DNA from: a virus
Taxonomy: Duplodnaviria; Caudoviricetes
IMG/VR virus record: IMGVR_UViG_3300044728_000092
Location: 1 to 37,924 of that record
DNA: 37,924 nucleotides
Reading direction: 5' to 3' (one strand)
Below are positions 1 through 6,660 of this stretch, piece by piece. Below the pieces are notes generated by a model. It saw nothing but the letters and a program-made list of their open reading frames with translations. It had not been told where the DNA came from and searched no databases. The position numbers and the translations under genes are program-made. Each line of letters opens with the position of its first letter. Position 1 is the first letter of the stretch.

Positions 1-162
1 AGCGCTGCTTTCCATGCCACCGCGGCGCAACGGGCCAACGACCGGGCCAAGGACGCTGACGCGCACGCCGTCGGCATCCGTTTGATCCGGGTCCGCGGCA
101 AGGAGATCTACCGCAATGCGCCGGCCCTGGCCGAGTTCATCGTCGGGGAGTGTTGCAGATGA
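1..162 (+). CDS. Partial (5'-truncated) DUF559/Vsr-like endonuclease-domain protein
   Basis: Frame 1 is open from base 1 (SAAFHATAAQRANDRAKDADAHAVGIRLIRVRGKEIYRNAPALAEFIVGECCR*). It resembles the DUF559 C-terminus (H...D..kD.....G..l.R....I). The stop overlaps the next start (ATGA at 159-162). Confidence 0.55.
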   Translation, partial: SAAFHATAAQRANDRAKDADAHAVGIRLIRVRGKEIYRNAPALAEFIVGECCR

Positions 163-1064
163 GCTTTCCTTGGATGTCCCTCCACATCGGCGACTACCTG
201 AAGGACACCGGGCACCTCCGCACCGTCGACCACGGCGCCTATCTCCTGTTGATCATGCACTATTGGACCACGGGCGGCCTTCCCGACGACGATCGGCAGC
301 TCGCCGCGATCGCTCGCATGTCTGACCGAAAATGGAAGGAATTGCGAACAAAAATTGCACCGTTTTTCTCACCAAATTGGAAGCATAAACGGATCGATCG
401 GGAGCTTGCCGAGGCCCGCGAAAAGTATGAGAAAAGGGCCTTTTCCGGCAGTAGTGGCGGAAAAGCCACAGCAGCAAAACGGGCGTTTTGCTACCAGCAG
501 AATGGCAGTTTTGCTACCAGCAAACGTACCAGCAAAACGGCAGCAAACGCCCAGCAACCTACAACCTACAACCAACAAGAAGATTTAGGAGAGAGTCTTT
601 CTACCTCACGAGTTGATCGAACAGGGTCAGGTTCGGCGGATGCGGCCGACATTCGACCGGCCGAAGTGGCCGGTCCGTGCGATTGGCCGAAGAACTATCG
701 CGATCAATTCTGGTCGAAGTACCCCAACAAGATCGGAAAGCCGAAGGCGCTCGCCAAGCTCGACCGCGCCCGCAAGCGCGGCGTGGCGTGGGCCGAGCTG
801 TGGAGTGGGCTCGAGCGCTACGTGGCCAAAACCGACGATCGGTCGTGGTGCAACCCCGAAACATGGATCAATCAGGAGAGGTGGACCGATGAGCCAGGAA
901 TTCAAACCAATCGGGGATTTAGTGCCGGCGGTTCTCGCGGCGGCAGCCACGCCGTCAAAGCCGTCGCAGCAGCCCGGCGTGCGGCCGCCGCCTTCGAGGC
1001 TCACGAACTACGAGACGCCGAGCCGGTTGTGGTCGAACTGGATCCCCGACCACGGCGCGCGTGA
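159..1064 (+). CDS. Phage replication initiator, YdaU/DUF1376 family
   Basis: N-terminal PWMSLHIGDYLKDTGHL...HGAYLLLIMHYW...LPDDDRQLAAIA is typical of DUF1376. C-terminal FWSKYPNKIGKPKA...NPETWINQERW is typical of phage replication proteins. Internal iteron-like repeats are present. Confidence 0.85.
   Translation: MSFPWMSLHIGDYLKDTGHLRTVDHGAYLLLIMHYWTTGGLPDDDRQLAAIARMSDRKWKELRTKIAPFFSPNWKHKRIDRELAEAREKYEKRAFSGSSGGKATAAKRAFCYQQNGSFATSKRTSKTAANAQQPTTYNQQEDLGESLSTSRVDRTGSGSADAADIRPAEVAGPCDWPKNYRDQFWSKYPNKIGKPKALAKLDRARKRGVAWAELWSGLERYVAKTDDRSWCNPETWINQERWTDEPGIQTNRGFSAGGSRGGSHAVKAVAAARRAAAAFEAHELRDAEPVVVELDPRPRRA
473..558. repeat. Putative replication origin iterons inside the initiator gene
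   Basis: AGCAAA(A)C at 473, 519, 531 and 542, and its complement GTTTTGCT at 485 and 508. GTTTTGCTACCAGCA occurs twice. An A/C-rich tract follows. This is a lambda O-like arrangement. Confidence 0.65.
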
Positions 1065-1632
1065 GATCGTGCGCGCCCTGACACCGACCAATCGGGCCGC
1101 GTTGCAGCATCGCGCCGCCGAGCTGATAAACGGCCTGCGCCCATTTACGGCCGCCGAAGCCAACGAGGTGGACGCTGCCCTGCACGGGATGCTCTCCGGG
1201 TTTCGGGCGCTGGCGCGCCAGGAGGGCGAATATGCGGACGCCTCGGTCGAAGTGCTGCGTGCGGTGCTGCGGGAATTCCCGCCTTGGGCGATTATCGAGG
1301 GCTGCCTTCAAATCGCGCGCGGCAAGGTCCCCGACCTTGACCACCGCTATGCCCCCAACGATGTGCAGGTGTGCGACGTCGTGGCGGCGATCGTCGCGCC
1401 CGCCCGAGAGAACCTTGACAACGCGATGGCGCTCTTGCGCGCTCCGGTCGAAACACCGGAACCGCCACGGCCGGCCCGCGAAGAGATCGAGGCGAAGCTC
1501 GGCCGCCCGATCGGCGAGCGTCCGATGAAACCCATGCCCAAACCATGGGAGGGCGACGGTAAGCACGCGCTGCGCGTCGCGGCGGACCTTGAGGCCCGTC
1601 GGCGCCGGCGGGAGGCCGGGGCACCGCCATGA
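889..1632 (+). CDS. Replication-module protein (possible helicase loader)
   Basis: AGGAGAG RBS before ATG 889 (MSQEFKPIGDL...). It follows the initiator and overlaps it by 176 nt. ATGA overlap with the next gene. Confidence 0.6.
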   Translation: MSQEFKPIGDLVPAVLAAAATPSKPSQQPGVRPPPSRLTNYETPSRLWSNWIPDHGAREIVRALTPTNRAALQHRAAELINGLRPFTAAEANEVDAALHGMLSGFRALARQEGEYADASVEVLRAVLREFPPWAIIEGCLQIARGKVPDLDHRYAPNDVQVCDVVAAIVAPARENLDNAMALLRAPVETPEPPRPAREEIEAKLGRPIGERPMKPMPKPWEGDGKHALRVAADLEARRRRREAGAPP

Positions 1633-1895
1633 GATACCGGCACCGCTACCGGATCGAGGAGGATTTCTTCCTGCGGATGGCGTCCGAGCGCCGCTGGCAG
1701 GTCGAGCCCATCCTCGGAGTGCTGTACGTCTGCGAGCCCGGGCACGTGCGGCGTTTCCGGGTGGCCGACTGCTGCATCGGCGTCTACGGCCCGATCACCG
1801 GCTGCTTCCACACCGACCGCGTCCCGGCAAAACTGGACCCGCGGGTCATTCCCTGGTGCGACTGCTGCTGGCAGGCCACCGGCGGGAACGTTTGA
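1629..1895 (+). CDS. Hypothetical Cys-rich protein
   Basis: 88 aa, coupled to the previous gene by an ATGA overlap; WCDCCW motif. Confidence 0.55.
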   Translation: MRYRHRYRIEEDFFLRMASERRWQVEPILGVLYVCEPGHVRRFRVADCCIGVYGPITGCFHTDRVPAKLDPRVIPWCDCCWQATGGNV

Positions 1896-2031
1896 CATGA
1901 TCCGACAACACCATGCCCATGCGTGTCTGCCAGCCCGGCCCTGTAGCGCGAAACCGCTCGACCACCTCACGTGGGAGCCGCAGCGTCAGAGCAACCTTGC
2001 GGTCCTGCGCGGCGAGCGGCGGGCGGCCCAT
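1846..2031 (-). CDS. brnA: BrnA-family antitoxin (ribbon-helix-helix)
   Basis: GRPP....KVALTLRLPREVVERFRATGPGWQTRM is the characteristic BrnA C-terminal signature. Confidence 0.85.
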   Translation of the reverse strand: MGRPPLAAQDRKVALTLRLPREVVERFRATGPGWQTRMGMVLSDHVKRSRRWPASSSRTRE

Positions 2032-2253
2032 TCATCCCACCGTGAAGAGTTTGACGATGATGGCGAGCGAGAGCGCGAGATTGATCCCGACCATCCCCTT
2101 GAGCACGGCAAGATCGCTCTCGATCTTAGCGAGCCGGTTCTCGTAGCTGGCTGCTTCCTCTGCGGCCTTTACGGCTCTGTCCTCGCTGGCGCCGGCTTCC
2201 TTCAGCGCCGAGTAAAGCTCGGCCATCATGATGGGCATGGCTGGTTTCCGCAT
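2032..2253 (-). CDS. Small coiled-coil protein with C-terminal TM helix (CCDC90/DUF1640-like)
   Basis: ELYSALKEAGASEDRAVKAAEE...RLAKIESDLAVLKGMVGINLALSLAIIVKLF. Its stop abuts the brnA start (TGA-ATG). The exact start is uncertain because there are several ATGs. Confidence 0.7.
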   Translation of the reverse strand: MRKPAMPIMMAELYSALKEAGASEDRAVKAAEEAASYENRLAKIESDLAVLKGMVGINLALSLAIIVKLFTVG

Positions 2254-2266
2254 GGTTGCAGCAATT

Positions 2267-2295
2267 CATGTAGCTACAATAACGGCTTTTGTCAA
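2267..2295 (-). promoter_or_regulatory. Sigma70-like promoter with overlapping palindromic operator
   Basis: The minus strand reads TTGACA-N17-TACATG. The perfect palindrome TGTAGCTACA (2269-2278) overlaps the -10. Confidence 0.65.
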
Positions 2296-2322
2296 CCGCT
2301 TCTGAGCGAGGTGTGGCAAAAA

Positions 2323-2338
2323 TGTTTCACGTGAAACC
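2323..2338. promoter_or_regulatory. Chromosomal-type parS site (ParB/Spo0J binding)
   Basis: TGTTTCACGTGAAACC is a 15/16 match to the consensus TGTTTCACGTGAAACA. It has a perfect 14-bp palindrome and is intergenic. Confidence 0.7.
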
Positions 2339-2438
2339 TCTGGCGCGACGGCCCCGCCAGCGTGTATGCTGGGCGCAGCCGGACGACGCGCTAACGCCGC
2401 CCGGCCACTTGGAACCGCAGCCTGTGAAGGAGGCCACG

Positions 2439-2957
2439 ATGCCCGATGACGAGTCTATCCTCGATACCCTTGCTAAACCATTAGCAGTCAAGCCGGTTGC
2501 CTATCGTGGCCGGATGACGCCAGCCGGGTATCAGCCCGAGAACCACGAATGGCGCGACTGGCTTTGCAGCCGGAACGTCGATGGTCGCCTCACCGGCAAA
2601 GACCCAATGCTGCTGCCAATCGGCTTGCTGGCTGCAGCAGGACATCCTAATCCATCCCCGGGCGGCATCCGGGGCGTCCTCCTGCGGTTACGAGTCATGC
2701 ACGGGGTCCACCAGGGCGAAGCGCGCCATGACGGGTTCCTGGGGCTTGGGCCAGACGACCTCCCAAAACGAGTGACGGAAATCCGCGAGGCGGTCTGCAA
2801 GCCCTGCTCATCCGGCAGTCTTGCCGAAATCCGCCACTGTGCAATCTACGACTGCCCATGTTGGCCGTTTCGCATGGGTAAGAACCCGCATAACCCGCAA
2901 CGCGGCAAGGACATGTCCGCAGTGCGCGCGGCTATCGGCCCGGAGGCAGTTCTATGA
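2439..2957 (+). CDS. Hypothetical protein with C-terminal Cys4 (Zn-binding) motif
   Basis: AGGAGG RBS before ATG 2439; CKPC-x10-C-x4-CPCWPFRMGKNP motif. Confidence 0.7.
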   Translation: MPDDESILDTLAKPLAVKPVAYRGRMTPAGYQPENHEWRDWLCSRNVDGRLTGKDPMLLPIGLLAAAGHPNPSPGGIRGVLLRLRVMHGVHQGEARHDGFLGLGPDDLPKRVTEIREAVCKPCSSGSLAEIRHCAIYDCPCWPFRMGKNPHNPQRGKDMSAVRAAIGPEAVL

Positions 2958-3415
2958 CCCCTCACACCCTCATCGCCTCGGTGCTCGTCCTGCTCGCGGG
3001 CGGGACCGGCCTTCTGTGGCCAAAAAGCAACAGTGAGGCGCAGTACTTCGACGCGCCTAGGCCCGCGCCCGTGCGGACCCTCACATACCGGTTGGAACCG
3101 CATCCGCTGTGGCTACCCCGGTGGCTCGGCACCGATGCCAGCGCACCAGCGCCCGCCTGGCGGCTCCGGGGGGACGGCGTGTGGGAGCCCTGGGTCCTCA
3201 ACCCGCCCGCCTGGCTGACCGCCATCCCCGGCAGTTACGTTGCGGCCGAGACCGTCCCTCTCCCCCCTGAGCGGCCGAAGGGCGAGACCCCCCCCTCCAC
3301 CGATAGGGGGGTCGTCCCCACCCAAAAACGCATAGCTCGCGACGGCGGGCTATGTGAAAAACACGGGCTCAAGCAGGTCTGGACCGACAAATTCCGGTGG
3401 CGCTGCCGGCCCTAG
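2954..3415 (+). CDS. Hypothetical membrane-anchored/exported protein
   Basis: N-terminal hydrophobic segment LIASVLVLLAGGTGLLW, Pro/Trp-rich body, C-terminal C...WRC. ATGA coupling. Confidence 0.6.
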   Translation: MTPHTLIASVLVLLAGGTGLLWPKSNSEAQYFDAPRPAPVRTLTYRLEPHPLWLPRWLGTDASAPAPAWRLRGDGVWEPWVLNPPAWLTAIPGSYVAAETVPLPPERPKGETPPSTDRGVVPTQKRIARDGGLCEKHGLKQVWTDKFRWRCRP

Positions 3416-3460
3416 CTAATCCTTCGCCGCTGCGACAGCGCTTGCTCAAGCAGGCGGCCA

Positions 3461-3544
3461 ATGTTTGAAATAGCAGGCGGAATATTGCTCGCATATTTTG
3501 CGCTGATCTTCATCGGGGCAATCATCGAGAATGCACAACGATGA
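3461..3544 (+). CDS. 27-aa single-pass membrane peptide (not in ORF track)
   Basis: MFEIAGGILLAYFALIFIGAIIENAQR*; the stop overlaps ATG 3541 (ATGA). Confidence 0.5.
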   Translation: MFEIAGGILLAYFALIFIGAIIENAQR

Positions 3545-3771
3545 CCGCAGAGGAAAGAATTGAAGGACAGCTAGCCGGGATCGCGAACCGCCTCGCCGTC
3601 ATGGAGGGGCAATTAGCCGGCCTTGATCATCGCTTCTCCGCCGTTGAGGGGCGCCTAGCGCAACTGCAAACAATCGGCACTTGGCTTTTCGCCGGCTTGC
3701 TTGCCTCCTATGCCGCAACATTTGGCGCTTATGCCGCAATCTTGACTGTTGCGCTGAGGACCAACCAATGA
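3541..3771 (+). CDS. Coiled-coil protein with C-terminal TM helix
   Basis: Three EG[QR]LA heptad-like repeats, then hydrophobic WLFAGLLASYAATFGAYAAILTVAL. Confidence 0.7.
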   Translation: MTAEERIEGQLAGIANRLAVMEGQLAGLDHRFSAVEGRLAQLQTIGTWLFAGLLASYAATFGAYAAILTVALRTNQ

Positions 3772-3989
3772 CGACCATGACCGACGCCGACATTACCGAC
3801 GCGCTCGATATCCGCGCCAAGCTCGCCGACATCGACCGTGCGCTGGCACGATCCGCTCAGGCCCACGCCGACCATGACCGCAAGCGCCAGGAAATCCGCT
3901 ATGCGCCGTGGGCGCTGGTGGGAAGCGGACTTACCAGCGGCGCAGCACTGTTTGCTGCCGGCGCGGCGTTCATGAAACTATTCGGGTAA
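3768..3989 (+). CDS. Coiled-coil protein with C-terminal TM helix
   Basis: GAGGA RBS and ATGA overlap; LDIRAKLADIDRAL...PWALVGSGLTSGAALFAAGAAFMKLFG. Confidence 0.7.
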   Translation: MTTMTDADITDALDIRAKLADIDRALARSAQAHADHDRKRQEIRYAPWALVGSGLTSGAALFAAGAAFMKLFG

Positions 3990-3994
3990 AGAAG

Positions 3995-4102
3995 ATGATG
4001 AACCGACTGGCCAGGATTGAGAGCGATCTGCTCGTGATGAAATGGATGCTGGGCGGTGTCGGCGGTGGTGTTCTCACTCTTGTGATCAAGGCATTTATCT
4101 GA
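3995..4102 (+). CDS. 35-aa tail-anchored peptide, paralogue of 2032-2253
   Basis: MMNRLARIESDLLVMKWMLGGVGGGVLTLVIKAFI aligns with NRLAKIESDLAVLKGMVG. Confidence 0.6.
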   Translation: MMNRLARIESDLLVMKWMLGGVGGGVLTLVIKAFI

Positions 4103-4116
4103 CATCTTGCGCCATT

Positions 4117-4290
4117 ATGGCCAATGCGAAAATCGTCTCGATGATTGACGCCGAGCTGCTCAAAGCGCGGCGCGACATCATGCTGAATGTCGTGACGATC
4201 GAGCATGCGCTGTTTGACGCCCTCACAACGCTCACTGAGCGCGTCGACAAACTCCGCGAAGACGTCGATAAGCTGATGCAGGGGCATTGA
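4117..4290 (+). CDS. Small hypothetical coiled-coil protein
   Basis: MANAKIVSMIDAELL...LTERVDKLREDVDKLMQGH fills the gap before terS. Confidence 0.5.
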   Translation: MANAKIVSMIDAELLKARRDIMLNVVTIEHALFDALTTLTERVDKLREDVDKLMQGH

Positions 4291-4291
4291 A

Positions 4292-4600
4292 GTGGAGCCT
4301 GGTAGCAGGAATGAAGCAGGCCAGTTTGTAAAAGGCCAATCTGGCAACCCAAAAGGACGGTCGAAAGCAACCGAAGATACCGCTGCGGAGATCCAAGCAT
4401 TGGCGGCGCAGCATTGCTCCGCCGCAATTGAGCGTTTGGTTGAAATCATGAAGACCGGCACGCCAGATTCTGCCCGCGTGCTTGCCGCCGACAAAATTCT
4501 CGACCGCGGCTGCGGACGGGCGCCGCAACAAGTCGGCGGTACGGATGGGAAAGAAGGAATCCTCATCAGGATTCGGCATCTGCTCGGCGACGAGGAGTAG
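4292..4600 (+). CDS. terS: Terminase small subunit (DUF5681-like)
   Basis: GQFVKGQSGNPKGR and AADKILDRG.G motifs; immediately upstream of terL. Confidence 0.8.
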   Translation: MEPGSRNEAGQFVKGQSGNPKGRSKATEDTAAEIQALAAQHCSAAIERLVEIMKTGTPDSARVLAADKILDRGCGRAPQQVGGTDGKEGILIRIRHLLGDEE

Positions 4601-4603
4601 GCG

Positions 4604-5962
4604 TTGATCGAAATCGATCTTCCGATCAATGGCTGGAAATTGCGCCCATATCAAAAGGCGTTGTGGAGATATTTGACGCGAGGCGGCAAGCGGGCATTTG
4701 CGTGTTGGCACAGGCGCGCTGGAAAAGATGACATTGCTCTGCATTGGTGTGCGCGTTCGATGCATGAGCGCGTCTGCAATACTTGGTACGCGCTTCCCGA
4801 ATTTGCACAGGGACGCAAAGCTATTTGGACGGCGATCAACAGCCACACCGGCAGGCGTCGTATTGACGAGGCCTTCCCGCATGAACTGCGGGCGAGCACG
4901 AGCGACAATGAAATGTTCATTAGGTTCCTGAACGGTTCGACCTTTCAGGTCGTCGGCTCGGATCAGTACGACCGGCAAGTCGGCTCGTCCGTGGCTGGTG
5001 TGGTGTTTTCCGAGTGGGCGCTCGCCAACCCAAGCGCATGGGCATACCTTAGACCTATCCTCGAAGAAAACGATGGATGGGCGCTGTTCGTAACGACTCC
5101 GCGCGGTAGAAACCATGCCTATGAAATGTACAAGCATGCGGAGAAATCCCCCGACTGGTTTTGCGAAACACTTACCGCACGCGCCACCGGCGCATTGACG
5201 GAGCAGCAGCTCGCCGAGGCCTTGAAGGAATATCGGGCTCTGTATGGTGAGCCAGGTGAAGCCCTCTGGAAACAAGAGTACCAGTGTGATTGGGCGAGCG
5301 GGCTCCTAGGTGCGATATTCTCTTACGAGATGGCGGAGGTGCGCGCCGAGGGTCGCATCACGGAGATCGAGCCAATCGCCGGCCCCGTACACCGGAGCTG
5401 GGATCTTGGCATGCGTGACGATACCTGTGTGTGGTTCTGGCAGGCAGTGGGCAGCCAAGTATTCCTGTATGATTGCATCTCGACCTCGGGCGCATCGCTG
5501 GACTGGTGGCGTGACAAGATCGAGGAGATACATGCCGCACGCGGCTGGCGGAGCGGTAACGACTACGTCCCGCACGACGCCAAGGTGCGTGAATTGAGCA
5601 CCGGCCGCACGCGCGTTGAGACGATGAGGAGCCTGGGGCTTTCACCGATGCTGGCGCCCGACGCCTCGCTGCAGGACGGCATCAACGCAGTACGGCGCAC
5701 GCTGCCGCTCTGCGTATTTCACCCGCGCTGCGAGGACAAGGGCATTGCAGCGCTCGAGCAGTATCAGCGCGAGTGGGACAGCGAGAAGAAATGCTTCCGC
5801 GCAAGTCCGTTGCATGACTGGTGCTCCGATCCGGTCGACAGCTTCCGATATCTTGCGTTGTCCTGGAAGCCCGCCCCGCTGCGCGAGATCAAAGTGCCCG
5901 CGCCGACAGGCTGGCGCATCCCGCCGCCGGACGACCGGCCGCGACAGGGCATACGGCTATGA
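4604..5962 (+). CDS. terL: Terminase large subunit
   Basis: LRPYQ adenine-binding motif, WHRRAGKD Walker A, VVFSEW Walker B, TTPRG motif III, and RNase H-like WDLG and HDWCSDPVDSFRY. Confidence 0.95.
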   Translation: MIEIDLPINGWKLRPYQKALWRYLTRGGKRAFACWHRRAGKDDIALHWCARSMHERVCNTWYALPEFAQGRKAIWTAINSHTGRRRIDEAFPHELRASTSDNEMFIRFLNGSTFQVVGSDQYDRQVGSSVAGVVFSEWALANPSAWAYLRPILEENDGWALFVTTPRGRNHAYEMYKHAEKSPDWFCETLTARATGALTEQQLAEALKEYRALYGEPGEALWKQEYQCDWASGLLGAIFSYEMAEVRAEGRITEIEPIAGPVHRSWDLGMRDDTCVWFWQAVGSQVFLYDCISTSGASLDWWRDKIEEIHAARGWRSGNDYVPHDAKVRELSTGRTRVETMRSLGLSPMLAPDASLQDGINAVRRTLPLCVFHPRCEDKGIAALEQYQREWDSEKKCFRASPLHDWCSDPVDSFRYLALSWKPAPLREIKVPAPTGWRIPPPDDRPRQGIRL

Positions 5963-6318
5963 TATCGCACAACGCCGAAGACCTCGTGGACGCGCTCTAC
6001 AAGGAGATCGCGCGGCAGAACGTCGAGATCGAGCGGCTGAAGGCAGTCAAATGCGAAGCGGAGCGGGTGTGTTGGTTTGATTGGTCAAATAATGACGACG
6101 ATGCCGCTGCAGCCATAGTTGCGCTGCAAGGGAAATTGGCGGAGTACGACAGCGCCCGAAACGGCGGAAACGGCGGAAGCGCAATGCCTACAGTAACGGT
6201 GGCAGGCCGCCCCTGGTGGGCGACTGGGTGCGTTGGATACAAGGTGGGTTGGGTACAAGCGTTGCAGGGTTATTTCTGGATGCCACACGTCGTATACGGC
6301 GGGGATGGCGATGGCTGA
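5959..6318 (+). CDS. Hypothetical protein
   Basis: ATGA overlap with the terL stop; N-terminal coiled coil. Confidence 0.5.
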   Translation: MISHNAEDLVDALYKEIARQNVEIERLKAVKCEAERVCWFDWSNNDDDAAAAIVALQGKLAEYDSARNGGNGGSAMPTVTVAGRPWWATGCVGYKVGWVQALQGYFWMPHVVYGGDGDG

Positions 6319-6646
6319 CACGCAACATAAAAGCTCTCCTGAGTTAGAAGAGATGCCGTGGCGGGACGAGGATGAAATTGCGCGGAGAGAGCATACGGAC
6401 CGGTTATATGAGGCTATGAGGAGCGGGCCGCGCTGGAACGAGGATGAAATCTATCCGGCGCGAAGAGAACATGCTTGGCGATTGCGGATCGAAGGGCTCA
6501 CTTATAATGAAATCGGGCGCCGGCTCACCGTGACGCGTGAGCGCGCACGGCAGATGGTGGCTAAAGAGATACGGCAGTACCATGATCTGAAAGAGGTCAT
6601 CGACCTGGTGGTACATATCAAACGCTCAACAACAAAGCTCTCCTGA
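6311..6646 (+). CDS. Sigma70 region 4-like HTH protein
   Basis: LRIEGLTYNEIGRRLTVTRERARQ matches the sigma r4 HTH pattern. An alternative start is at 6353. Confidence 0.75.
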   Translation: MADTQHKSSPELEEMPWRDEDEIARREHTDRLYEAMRSGPRWNEDEIYPARREHAWRLRIEGLTYNEIGRRLTVTRERARQMVAKEIRQYHDLKEVIDLVVHIKRSTTKLS

Positions 6647-6654
6647 GTCAGAAG
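6330..6654 (+). repeat. 21-bp direct repeat flanking the HTH gene
   Basis: AAAGCTCTCCTGAGT(T/C)AGAAG at 6330-6350 and 6634-6654 (20/21 identical). Confidence 0.85.
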
Positions 6655-6660
6655 GAGTGA

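Noticed and set aside
613-888. N-terminal extension of the 339-aa ORF
   Set aside because: It lies wholly within the initiator gene; ATG 889 has a strong RBS and is the more likely start.
5000-5020. Defective terminase Walker B (VVFSE rather than DE)
   Set aside because: The catalytic Glu and all other motifs are intact, so this is more likely a family variant than an inactivation.
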